Below, in pieces: positions 51,758 through 64,000 of a stretch of DNA of 64,000 nt. The notes under the pieces were generated by a model. That model saw only the letters and a list, made by a program, of their open reading frames with translations. It was not told the DNA's origin and made no database searches. Source of the stretch: Blasia pusilla (lineage: Eukaryota); the NCBI GenBank assembly GCA_050084515.1, contig CM114271.1, forward strand, positions 15,066,001-15,130,000. Reading direction: 5' to 3'. The translations under genes and the position numbers were made by a program. Position 1 is the first letter of the stretch, and the number at the start of each line of letters is the position of its first letter.

Positions 51758-53683
51758 TGAATCGAGTTGTGTGGGGTGTTGCTCTTGGGGAGAACACATA
51801 TTGGAGATACATAGAGGATGGGGAAAAGTGGATGTGCATGCTTTGTAATCACATCCTAAAGGCCAAAAATAAAACCAAGTGCAATTAGCACATGATTAAA
51901 AACCACCCTGACTTGGACGAGGCATTGCTAGTCCCACTAGAAAATCCAGGTAGGCGCGCCAATGACCCAGTGATGGGTCGTAAGAGAGAAGTGACAGATG
52001 CCCAGAGAGAGAGAGAGCTCCTTAGGAAATCCGGGGATGCTCATAGGAAGGAGGCTAAAATCAGGAGGGAGAAAATGTACAGGTTGTGTCAATTCCACTC
52101 GTAGAGGTGGTTGTCTATGCAGAGGAGTCCTCATATCCCGATACTAGGGAAGAAGCCATCTTTGGTGGCTTTGATGGAGTGTAATTTGGTGAATTCCTTG
52201 CATATTCGGGAATTGGGATGGCCTCCTAGACAGGAAACAATACCGTGAGTGCTTGGTGAGAGTTCATGATTGCCAAAATAGTAACTCCATGATGGAGCAT
52301 GTAGTATATGGTTGCTTGGCAGCCATAGATAGAGCAAGTCTATAAGGTTCTAAGGACTTGATAGGGAGGGGTAAGGGTTACTTCACACATCTGGAGATGG
52401 TTAAAAAGTTGTGGGGAGTAGTTCAAAAAGGCGACGTTGTGTCTCTACAGGAGCTACCTACCGAGTTTTTTGTCGAAAGAGAGGCACAAGTCAAGCAGAG
52501 TGTTGCGTGGATAGCACGCAAGAAACAAAATCTAATGGGTTGGCTTGAGCGAGATCAAGCCAAGTACTCTGAGTTTATGGCCAAGCAACAATATGAGGAA
52601 TGGTTGGCCACTAGAGATTCCAAAAAAGCAAAAGATATTTGTGAGGAGAGAGTTGGTGCATATGTTCCAAGTCAAAGGAAACATGACAAAGACACCTGGT
52701 GTAAGAAGGGAAAACAGGGCTTGAAAGTGAGAGCAGAGGAGACGGGTGGAGACTTACATAAGTCTTCGGAATCACATAGCAGGGATTTCCAACCCTTGCC
52801 ACCCCGACGTCATCGCTTAGGCGACGACGCGGGTAAGGCTGTTAATAGTAAAGAGGCGGGAAAGGCTTCTAATTGCAAAGTACCACAGCGTTCAAAGGGC
52901 CAAAGGAAGGCCGAGACACCGAAATTGAAGAGGAAGATTGTTACAGCAGCAGCCGAGTCCCCCTGTACACGATCTAAAAGATCTCTCCCACCCCCGAGAG
53001 AGCGTGAATTGGTGGAACCCATTCCACCAGGTGGGGAGGCTCCAAGGGTAGAACCCACTCCACCCCCTAGAGAGAGTGAATTGGTGGAACCCATTCCACC
53101 AAGTGGGGAGGCTCCAAGGGTGGAACCCACTCCACCGCCGAGAGAGAATCAAATGGTGGAACCCATTCCACCAGGTGGGGAGGCTCCAAGGGCGGATCCC
53201 ACTCCACGACCGAGAGAGAGTCAGTTGGTGGAACCCATTCCACCAGGTGGGGATTCTATAAATGCGGATGCCGCTCCACCTCCGGGACTTGAGCCTAATG
53301 CGGAATTCATTCCACTAGAGGGGGGAGCCGAAAGTGTGTATGCACAGTGTCGAGGTGATACGCATGTGGAACCCATTCCACACACTCCATGTGGTGAGAA
53401 TGGGGCAGCCATCCATCATGAAGGGGTTACAGACGATCCACATTTGGTCAAGACAACCGGCTCTGCATTTCGCACCCCTATTCATGAAGACGTGCAGATT
53501 CCTTTTGCAAATCCGGAAACATTGGAGGATCATGAAGATGCTGATGATGACACCCTTCTGAAGAAAAAACTATCCTCTAGAGAATTGAGAGCTTTGAAGA
53601 AAAATTTGGGCAAGACGTTGTTGAATGATATCAATGACAACATTAGAAGTGAGTACCTAAACTTAGCACTCACTCACAAGTGA
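51758..53683 (+). pseudogene. Transposon-associated ORF remnant with a C2H2/BED-like finger and Pro-rich tandem repeats
   Basis: WMCMLCNHILKAKNKTKCN*HMIKNH (C-x2-C...H-x4-H); ORF 52358-53683 has four 20-aa repeats (RESELVEPIPPGGEAPRVEPTPPP-like). Confidence 0.5.
52985..53250 (+). repeat. 60-bp coding tandem repeat (~4.3 copies)
   Basis: gagagag.gaattggtggaacccattccaccaggtggggaggctccaaggg recurs every 60 bp. Confidence 0.95.
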
Positions 53684-53899
53684 CCAAGGCCAAGAACGTG
53701 AAGTCCACACGAACAGGTTTGACACCTACTGTCGAGGAGTGCAGGGAATTAGGAAAGTCGAAGTTTGAAGTCCTCCAACAAATGATGGCAACCCCCCCAC
53801 AGCCTGAGCCCGCCGCAAAATCCCATTAGCATGGGCACGCTGCAACGCTATGGAAACCCGCTGCCTACAATACAGAATTGCAGTAGAGAATTCCTGTTC

Positions 53900-54110
53900 C
53901 TTCCCATGCTTAGGAGGAAATCATCACCGAAGCATTCCACGGGTCTGATAAACCATTCCAGCTCCCAGAGAAGCCATTCCACCTTTGTTGAAGCCATTCC
54001 ACAAAACAGAGAAGCCATTCCATGTGAAGGGAAAGCCATTCCATGTCTATGGGAAGCCATTCCATGACAATGCAAAGCCATTCCATATGTCAGTGAAGAC
54101 ATTCCACTGG
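53900..54110 (+). repeat. ~21-bp tandem repeat built on aagccattcca
   Basis: Copies at ~53971, 53991, 54012, 54033, 54054 and 54075, plus weaker flanking ones. Confidence 0.8.
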
Positions 54111-54288
54111 TAATGGATAGGAGTGGGATCTGTTTGAAAGCAGGAATGCAGAATGGGCACCTAATGCAGACTTCTTCATTCACATAAAAACCCAATACAT
54201 GCCATTTGTTAAACCATGTCCAACTAGATTAGTAAATGTTTGAATAGCACCTTTTGACACCTGTTCTTTCTGTCTTATTAACATACAG

Positions 54289-57200
54289 GGAAACATTGAT
54301 CACAGAATTGGCCTCCCCGCCATGGCCACATCTGATATGCTTGCAAGTGGAAGCTCTTTAACAAGGAGGATATTATCCATGAACAAGATTTTGTTCAAAC
54401 TGATATTCCTCCAGGACTTATCTCAGCCAACAAGCTTTCCTGGGATGACGATCATGTAGCATACATACCTTGGGAAAGATTACATGATTTCATTCTTGGC
54501 GAGGGGCATGGCGATGGAAGGAACCCAACAACATTCTGGAAAGGAATGTCAAGATTGGGCAAGGGCTGCTCCAGAGACATGGATGGAGGGGGTCCATTGT
54601 ACACAATATACTATTGTGCGTATGGCCCAACTGATCTGCGCCAAATGCATCAAGAGATTGTGCATAGGTGCCCACTATCTTCTCCTATCCATTCACATAT
54701 TTCAAACTTTGATTATTGAGGAGAGTGGATGACCATTCAGTTAGAAATGGTTTAGTGTGTTAATTTCACATCAACTCCTTTTGTTGTGTTTACAGGTCTA
54801 CTGTCCCCAAAAGTGGAAGAGGTAGTAGGCCGCGAGGACAAATCATAAGTAGAGGCGATTGTTGCAAACGTGGGTGTCAATGTCGTTTTACAGTCCTTGA
54901 AATCAACACTCCTCCGCATGTTGCAAAGATCACCTACAAAAATAGAGCTCACGTGGATAAAGCCAACAAGCCATGCCATGGAAAGGACGACAAAGCATGC
55001 ATAGATACACCGAAGATGTTTGCTCCTAGGATTTCAGATGATCTAAAGAATTATGTGAAAGAGAGGCTTCGCAGGGGTTAAGCCCCACAGATCAAGCCGA
55101 GCATTCAAAGATGTTGAAAGAGCGTTCGTTGACGGATACCAACTTTGAAGAGAGTTTGACTGAGATGACTTCATGCAAATGCATGATATACGAAAACATA
55201 AAAACAATTCAATCAGAGACATTTCTATATGCTAGGAGCGAACGAGTCCTTGAGCTTGTTTGTTGAGTATTCTTCGAGAAGGTGTTCATTTACTGAGCCT
55301 TACATGGATGAGACACATCCATTCATTTTGGGATTCCAAAGCCAATGGCAGTTGAATGCTCTTGTAAAGTATGGACATGGCAGCGCCTTGAGCATGGATA
55401 GCACATTTGGCACAAATTGCAACAGGGTTCTTGCTCTTACTTATTTTGTTGAAGAGATATTTCATGTGAAGTAAGTCTTTTTATTACTTTCATTCATGTA
55501 AAAATGATTCCATATAATCATGGTACTAACACTTGTATTGATGTTTTGTAGTTTCCCTTATATACTTTGCTGGTGTTTGATGATCACCACTCAGGGATAC
55601 CCATGGCCTGGGTTCTCACATCTAGTGCAAAAGAAGTGTATTTGGGAAAGTGGTTGAAAGCTATCTTGGATAAATGTAGAGTCATCCAACCAAATTGGGA
55701 ACCAAATGCGATCATTGTTGACGACGCTTTGGCAGAGCATAATGCATTAAGGTGAGAATAAATTCCTCTATATTCATTTACGAAAATTGGCATGATGGGT
55801 TAACTGTAGATTTGGATAGGATAATCTTCTCTTATTTACTCTCACGATGGAAGAAACCATTCCACCGTTGCAAAAATCGTTTCCGCCAACAAACATCAAT
55901 ATCCTTCTATGGTATGAGTGCTTTAAGCAGCATTAGCTATGCATATGAAGTTGTATTCATTATTTTTCCAACATGTAGGAAACCAGTCTTCCTCAAGAAG
56001 GGAAACCATTCCATCAACATAGAAGCGATTCTATCTGTTCCTAATGCAGACTAAATGATTGGAACCCTTTGAACAGGGCAATATTTACAACAACACACAT
56101 CATTCTATGTCTACGGCATGTACGACATGACTGGTTAAAGCAGTTGAAGAAAAAGGTGCGTAGTCATGGCATGAGAGTTGAAATGTCGCGAAGGTTAGGA
56201 GACATCATGTATGTGAATCGATGTGGCACATACACACGACAAGTCATTTTGAATGACGCAAAGGGGGACCTAGAGAAATTCTATGAAGACTATCAAGCGG
56301 AGTCAGAGTTTGTAAAGTACATACAAACATATTGGGAACCCAAGATTGGTGAGTATCATTGTTGTTTCTTGACTTTGAGTTTGGTTGTCGCATTCAATTA
56401 TGCATTCAAATTTGAATTAACATTTCCTCATTGGTGCAATGACTTCAGCAAAGTGGGTAAAAGCAGCAAGGGACTATCCTCATGCAAATCAAGACACGAA
56501 TGCGCAATTGAGAACTATCATGGAAGCATGAAGGCTATCTTACATGATGACCACAAAACATTATCACAGAGAAGAGGGACTACCTAGTTTGGAAACTCAT
56601 CAATGACATTGAGGCATGGTATTTCCACGTCCACTTGTTGAAAAGGAGAGGATTTGTGATTATGCGACACATGAAAATACGTAAACAACGCTGTTTTGAA
56701 AGGGAAAGCAATTTTGGTAGTGATGTAGAGATCATACGCACTGGGGAGGTGAGTATGGCAAGAGTTAGGAGTCGACATTGGAGAATAAATGGTATGAAGT
56801 CTACAACTACGATCAGAGTGGGGTCATTGATTTATCCATGGTCTCTGAAGGGGAACATTTGCAAGCATATTGTAAGGGCCTCTTACATTCTTTTATTCTC
56901 CTTCTTTTCAAAGTGAATTGAACATATTACTTTACATATGTACTAAAATTGGTATTATATTATACTGACTTTTTTTTAAAAGTATGCCAAAAGATTTCTT
57001 TGCCTTATTGAAGGAAAATTACAATGAAGCAGATTTGGTGAAGATTCTGGGAATAAGGTTAGGAACAAGACAGGGTGGAATGGCTCATCTCAAGCTCATA
57101 ACACGACAATCGAATGAGGAATTGGAGAATGATCCATGCCAACCTGAGATGTTTGACATGCATCCAAATGGAGGTAAATAACAATAGTGAACATCGAAAG

Positions 57201-57958
57201 TGATGTATACAAGGTGGATCAGTCATGTAAACTTCAGGAATCAAGGCATGTCTACTTCTAGGACCATGTCATGTTTATGTCATGGATCAGGTAATGTATA
57301 CTTCTAGGATCAGGTCTAGAACCAGGTCATGTATACTTCAAGAATCAGGTCATGTATACTTCTACATGCAGGTCATGAATACTTCCAAGATCATAAAAAT
57401 GTTCGTATTTCAACATGGGATTTGATATTAGTGGTGGCTATTGCTAAACTAATTGTTTTCCATCTCTGGTGTTGGCACATAGACACCATTCCACCAGGAT
57501 GTCGATTATCATCGGACTGTGCAAACCCTGTAACAAACTCCAGTATTGAAGAAATTGACAACTTGTTCTCAAGCATACGACTTTCCTGTGTTCACAATGC
57601 TCGCCTTCTTACTTTAACTGCAAGGGCTTTGAAGGAGCTGAGCAAAAGGATCGAGTCTGAAAAAATAGAAGCTGAAAATGGGTTGACACCTCAACCAGGT
57701 AATCCATTCTCCAATTTTCAAGATGGATTCTTGAACAATAATTCCATTAGACGAGTTCAATCAAACATTGAACGTTGGTCCCGACGTAGAAGAAGATCTA
57801 CAAGATCCATGACAGACCAGAATGATAGGCAAAACCCAAATTCATTCATTGACCTACCTTTATTCCCCAGAGCAAAGTCTAGAAAGACAAAGTTGGGCCC
57901 ACAAGCCCAACTTGATAGAGAAGCAGTCATTGCCTCATCAACGTGTACAAACACGTAG
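54289..57958 (+). pseudogene. MULE-type SWIM zinc-finger transposase (multi-exon, frameshifted)
   Basis: FILGFQSQWQL..YGHGSALSMDSTFGTN|FPLYTLLVFD..GIPMAW...IIVDDALAEHNALR|AIF..IILCLRHVRHDWLKQL...HANQDT..AIENYH...WSLKGNICKH; introns 55427-55551, 55752-56076, 56349-56448. Confidence 0.82.
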
Positions 57959-58824
57959 TGTAAGTGGAGTAGGCACGAAGAATTTTGAATATCACATGAC
58001 ATTCTATCCTTTTAGGAAATAATGGATGAAATTTTGTAGCAGAATTTTCATGAACATTTTGGAGTTGGGACATAAAGGAGATCAAAAATTGTATTTATTC
58101 TATTATTTTTTGTATTTTTTTCAATATGAAGAAAGACGTCTTCTGAATTGTCGCATGATCATCCGGATGTGATGGACACCATTCCACGGTACATTATAAT
58201 GTTCAATATATCTATTTTTGTTCCTTGCATACTTCAGAAGTTGTCCATAATAAAATATCTTCTGTGTGAGAACCACATGTCATCTTAACTCAGGATACGA
58301 TTCTTAGGTTACCATTGTATGGGAATGTCATCCTCCATGCAGAACTACCTCACGGAACTTCACCATTCTCTGTTCCTTCCTTCGGGGATTTTAAGCTACT
58401 CTGAAACCACCTGTTCTGTGTGGTGAACACAATGCCATAAATCCTAAAAATCATTCAAAACAATGCATGTGGCATGGTTTCCAATCCCGAATTACCTTCC
58501 AGTAGTGGGCAATACTCCACTTCCCGAGGACACCATTCCACTTCATCTTTGAGGGATTACAACAGGGATTCCATATGCAATGAAATTGATTCTTAGGTTA
58601 CCTATCCAAAAAGGAAATGATCCAGCAGATACAAGTGTAACAACATTTCTACTTATGTATGTTCAATAATAAATGGTGTGAAGTTGTAAAGATAATAAGG
58701 TTTTCCGGGCCTTGGAGCCAACTGCTAGTGCTTCATCAAAGCTACGGACCAATAGGAGTTGAGCAGAGTAGCAACGTTAACGTAAACCATAGGTTGTGGA
58801 AAGGACTCTAGCCAGGATAAGGAA

Positions 58825-59092
58825 TGTGGAATGGTTGCTGTAGGATTAATGCAGAACGCATTCCGCTCGAGTGTCAGGCAAAAACAAATCCTAGCCGAAA
58901 AAATGAGGACGCAAATAGAAGCGCATAATAGGCGCGCCGCGGGAGAGCGATATTGCCAAAGCCCGGAGCACTAATTGGTTGTGGAATGGTTGCTGTAGGA
59001 TTAATGCACAACGCATTCGCTCGAGTGTCGTGAAAAAACAAATCTGGCCAAAAACGAGGGACGCAAATAGAAGCGCATAATAGCGCGCGCGG
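58825..59092 (+). repeat. Tandem duplication of ~115 bp separated by the partial 51-bp IR unit
   Basis: tgtggaatggttgctgtaggattaatgca...acgcaaatagaagcgcataatag occurs at 58825 and 58980. Confidence 0.85.
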
Positions 59093-62000
59093 GCGTTGGC
59101 AAATCTCTACCGAAAAAACTCAATGTGGGGATGTGGATGTTTCTTGCTGGGACGGTGTGATGCATATGAAGAAGAACTGCAAAAATATAGGGCCCGTAGA
59201 TGGAAGGAAGAACCATGGTCGATTAACATTCTTCCATCGTTTGAACAATACGGGTCGGAAGTATGAGTGAAAAAAAAACGCTACTAAAGAACCCGAGTTC
59301 TGACCGGATTGTTGCCCATGTCCGAGCCTCAAATTTGAAATCGATTGAGCTCCCTCGTCGAAATCTGAAGTGGAGAGAATGGATAGAGAATGCCAGCGTG
59401 GGTCGTTGCAAACACTTTTGATTCAAACAGAGGAGCTGCAATGCAAATCCGCTGCAAGCAAGGGTGCAGGAAACATACGCAAATCCGCTGCAAGCAAGGG
59501 TGCGGAAAACATCCAAGGTGAGCATCCAAGGTGAGCAAAAAAAATCTGAGCAGAATCAGAACTACCTCGATGAATCACGTGAGCAAAGAAGAACGTTGTA
59601 TGATGGAGAGCGACCATGTACGAGCAGCGATAGGGAGGAGCACATGGTGGCGACAAGCAGAAACGAGGTGGCCACCAAATACCCTGTCCCAGCGTCCCCA
59701 AACCTTTTTAAACCTTTCAAATTTGAATTCTGCCACACATGATGATGGAGGCAAGGGCATGATCCAAGATCAACCATGATGGATGCATGTAGATGCATTC
59801 CGTACTCATGACCATGGTAAATGACGGAACTGGCAATCCCCGTTCGGATATCGGAGGCAAGCGATCGGTGTAGCCTAAACCCGCTTAAAGCTAACCCATC
59901 TACGGCTTAAGCTAACCCGCGCGGGGGAACCCGTCCATGTAGGGCGACCGGGGCTGCAATCAATGCTACGGGCTTTGGCTCTAACGCCCAGGCTCCTCCT
60001 ATGCTTTGAAACCCCCCCTGAACATGAACCCCTCCTCTCATTTGAGACATACTTATATATTTTTAAATAACCGTTTATTACACATATTCCGAGGTTTTCA
60101 CTTTTCCTTCCACGTGTCGCTACCAGTTTTAAGAGAAATTCAGTTCTCCAGCCAATGAAAATGCACAACCGTAGAGACGATTGTATGACGTGTCCCCTGA
60201 GCCTTAAATTTTTTTTTCCAGTCTCAGGGAAACTCAGTACGACAGCCAATGAAAATGCCCGACCAAAGAGACGATTGCATGACGTGTACCCCTACGCCTC
60301 CTCATCAGCCCGCCTCCCTCAACGTCCCGACCTAACGTTCGGATAGCCTCGGACCTGCGGTTAGGGCCGGCGTGCCCCACGCATCTCCAGGTAGGATCGG
60401 ACTTATCTGGAGTCTTTTGTTGACTGTGCCGAGTTAGTGGCGGCCCGGTTAGTCTGACCTGCGCGGTTTAACAGCGCGGGCAGTTAGTGAACGGGGCGGA
60501 CTTTTCGCTTGTATTTCCGTCATCCGTATGTGAAGACGTGAAGTTGATCTTTATTAATATGGAGATAATAATATTGTTCATTTGCGTCTCACATTCCAAA
60601 TTTAAACACTCAAAATACTAGTTAAGGACCGTGAGGGCTGAACGTCCTCTGGCCCACGTCTTCCGGATTAAAAAAGACACGTGTATCCTTTTTCCCATGT
60701 CGCCATTGAAAGTACTCCTACGTTAAAAATATAGATTATAGACTTCTGCTAACAATCGAAATTTGGACGAATGCATATTTTGTGCTTGGTTTATTTTTTG
60801 GCATATAATGGCTTTGGTATATTATTTTTTTTAATTTCTTAAGAAATTCACATTATTTCAATGATTTTTCAAAATTGCGGGTTGAATGAAAATCTTATTA
60901 GCTTCCTACTAGTGCTACACACTAAGAGGTACTTATTATTATTATTATTCCATACCCATATTAAATACTTTATTTTATCCCAAAAAATTTAGTGGCCATT
61001 AAATTATTATTGTTCCATCCCCATATTAAATATTCCATTCCTTGTGTTCCTATTTTGTCTTATTTTACATGCCATTTTGACAGTAACGATATAAATGATG
61101 AACCCAATTTATGTCTCTTTAGTGGGAATCATGAAGGAAGTGACATATAGTGGTTTCATTTTATGCTCTTTTAGAATAATAGTGTTACTAAAAAGCTTTT
61201 GATGACGACCATCGTAATTGAGACAATTGTCCTCTGGCCAAGACAGAAGAGTTTTTCTTCTTTTGTTTCATGTGATGTTTTTCAATCACCAATTGAAATC
61301 ACACCCATTGTTTTGGTTTTTCCTCCTTGGATAGCCCTAATAGGGTGTATCATGAATATACGATAAGAGAAAATGTTGTATATACATGCAAAAATTGAGG
61401 CAATAATCTCATTTAAAAAAAAAGCATCCAACATACAACTTTTTTTTCATAATATTATTACCCATTGTTTCCATAGTTTGCTAGAATGGAGTCTAGTGAC
61501 ATCAAATAGGGAGAGTGTAAGTCCCCATATGAACCACCTAGATGGTGGAAGAGAAAAATGGATGAATATGGTTAGAGGAGGGCCATCTTTTGCCCACCCA
61601 AATGGTAGTTAGTGGCCCCTATTTTCGTGTTTAAAAAAGGGTCTCATACGAGATTTTGATTTATGAAATACCGCTTGAGAAAGGAAACGTGTCTAAAAAG
61701 ATTGTCATGCAAGATTAAGATTTTTGAACCTTGAAATGTGAACTAGAAATCAATAGCTCACACAAAACATTTTGAATTTATACATAGAAAGGTGAACATA
61801 TGGGAAGACATAGAGGATATAGCCATACAATACGGGGGTATAGCTATAGCCAAATGGCCAATGTGTATACTTCTCCCAATCCAAGGTAGATTATAAAAAA
61901 CCGATGTACAGCCCTTTGAAAGGGGTGGGGGAGAAGGTAATTAATACACACGCATGATGGAGATGTGGATAGCCTAGATGGTGAGAAAAAAAATGATGAA

Positions 62001-64000
62001 TAGATGTGAGGGCCGTAACTAAACATATAAAGCCCAAAAATATAGATATGCTGAAAAATTAAGGGGTTGTCTTCCAAAATCTCCACTAATCCATTGTGGA
62101 AGGGTAAGTAAGAGGAGGTGATGCCCACACTACTTTTCATTATTCAATCGGCATGGTTTTGGCTAGCTAGGAGATAACTTTGTGGTGGGATTCTCATACC
62201 AACGGGGATCTTAACTTCAAAGTTTGTCTTTTTAGAAGTTTTTGGATCTTGAATCATTCGTCACTTCCAAAAATCTGTCCTTTCCTATCACTATTTTTCC
62301 ATCCTGCCTAAAAAAATGTATATATTACAAAAAATTATAGATAAAAATGGAACAAAACATGGAAGCATTAATTTGAAAGAAAAGTCAATAAACGCGAAGC
62401 CCAACTCTGAAAAAGAAAGAAATAAAAATAATCAGATATGCAATGGTGTGAAATCTGCTCCCTATATGAATCCCTACCAGGGTCGGTGAGGCTAGATTTT
62501 TATTAGGGTTCAAGGTCAGATTAGCCTCCCCTCCTTGTACTTAAGTCCCCAACTCGCTTTGCCCTTGGCACTTATTTTCTTATCATTAATAAATAATAGT
62601 AAAATAATTATTATTAAGTAATAATTGTGAAATACTCTTTTTTTAAGAACAGAAAAGACCGAAACGTCGGTGGCAGGGTCGACAGAAAGGACGTTACGGT
62701 GGCGACGACGAGGCTCGGCGCTTTGTCGCTTGCTCCGTAAAGGTCCAGTTGTCACGTAGTTTGGGCAGCTTCGTGGCTTCGGGAAGACGCTCGGTCTGAA
62801 GAAGAAACCGCAACAATGATGAAGAAGATTTCACGAAAAGCGGGAGGCAGGGGACGGGAATCGCTCGGCGCCGCAGCGAAAGTATCCGGTGTTCTTTTTC
62901 GTATGCGTCGGCAGATGATCGCAGGAGCATCTGGAGCAGTTGGTGTGGGAGGAGGGTAGTGGAGTTTGCAGAGGAGAGTGCTGGAGAATGTTGTTGTGTA
63001 GGCGCCCGCATGTTGTGGCGCGATGGCTGAGATCGGAGGTGTAGGGGAGTTCGCGGGAGGAACACGGTGGTGAGGATAGAGCTGCTCGCGGGTATGTGTG
63101 ATTTGAGAATTCGTCGGTTCGCCTGTGGTGCGTAGGCGTCATCGTCGACATCTTCGTCGTGTTGGTGTGCGTGTGTGGAATAACTATGTACGTCTCCACT
63201 CTGTGCGGCTGATGCGATCTCTCGTTCTTTCTTAGCGCGAGTGAGGGTTTGATTGGATCTCCTGGTGATGCGGCTGCTCTTACGGCGAATTGGCGAGGGA
63301 GCCACTAGGAACAGGGAGTGGTCGAGAGTGCCGAGAAGTTCCGAAGCAATTTGAGTAGAGAGGACCGCAGGCGTCCTTTGGAAATGAGTTTAGGCGACGG
63401 CGTGCTGAATTGTGCTGTTATTGTTGTTGATGTTGGTGGTGGTGGTGGACAGTTGACAGTAGAGGACTTTGGACTGGATGAGCGGGATTCCTCCACGCTG
63501 AAGGCGGTCATGGTTGGGAATATTGTTCGGACTCCTCTCGCGGTGATGAACTGACAGGAGAAACTTAGGTCGACGCTGACATGGGCTGGGAGAATGGCGG
63601 CGAGTCTAGCTGCCGCGGTTTGAATCTGGTCTCCGACGGTGAAAAGGTAGGCCTCGTGACGTGCTCTATGCCGTGAAGAAATTGTGGCTGGATGGGATTT
63701 CTTTGCAATCCGGTGGCAGAGAAAGGGGCATGAACATCCCCTGGCGACGTGCCTTGTCTAGAATCATACGGAGCATGTTTACAGATTTTCACCATTACTC
63801 GGTGCCTTTTTTCTCTCTTAATAGAGCTGACTTGACTTGACACAACACATCGGGTGGTACAAGTGGCGCAGTCTGAGAATTTAGAATCGTTACCGGAAGC
63901 CATTGTCGACCTGCTAGGAATTTATAAGACGTGTGCGACCGCGCGATGAAGAGGGTGTTGATGGGATTAGGTTTTTCTATAGCATTGACAACCTGGTCTT

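Noticed and set aside
48280-60565. A single 12-kb minus-strand Helitron enclosing the second MULE
   Set aside because: The left CTAG is not followed by the expected T, the hairpin is incomplete, and no Rep/helicase sequence is present.
62694-63903. Minus-strand ORFs of 203, 122 and 112 aa in a GC-rich region
   Set aside because: Low-complexity translations with no recognisable domain; the 203-aa frame is closed by a stop shortly upstream. May be part of a gene extending beyond the window, but unsupported.

Overview
Plant nuclear DNA (GT-AG introns, TTTAGGG-like repeats; probably a non-seed plant, which I cannot establish from sequence alone). It holds one intact host gene, a 5-exon NAA60/MCC1-type GNAT acetyltransferase (3434-5288, +), followed by about 55 kb of nested transposon remnants. 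These include a degenerate gag-CCHC-protease retroelement family (4+ copies), a CRE-like RLE non-LTR retrotransposon, a Ty1/copia element nested in a gag, CACTA and LINE fragments, a telomere-like satellite and two Mutator-like (MULE) elements. The most striking region is ~24.3-35.6 kb. There a MULE transposase (GCM-like Zn domain, DDE core, SWIM; minus strand) is divergently paired with a multi-exon accessory gene encoding a ParB/Srx-like domain (DGNHR) fused to a bacterial-type beta-class N6A/N4C DNA methyltransferase fold. About 35 copies of a 27-bp palindrome (GCAACCCGTCGGA-N-TCCGACGGGTTGC) sit only in the introns, intergenic spacer and 3' flank of these two genes. This suggests a parS/ParB-like or VANC-like self-recognition and epigenetic system carried by the transposon. 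Both genes are disrupted in this copy. All domain calls come from motif recognition by eye, with no database searches.
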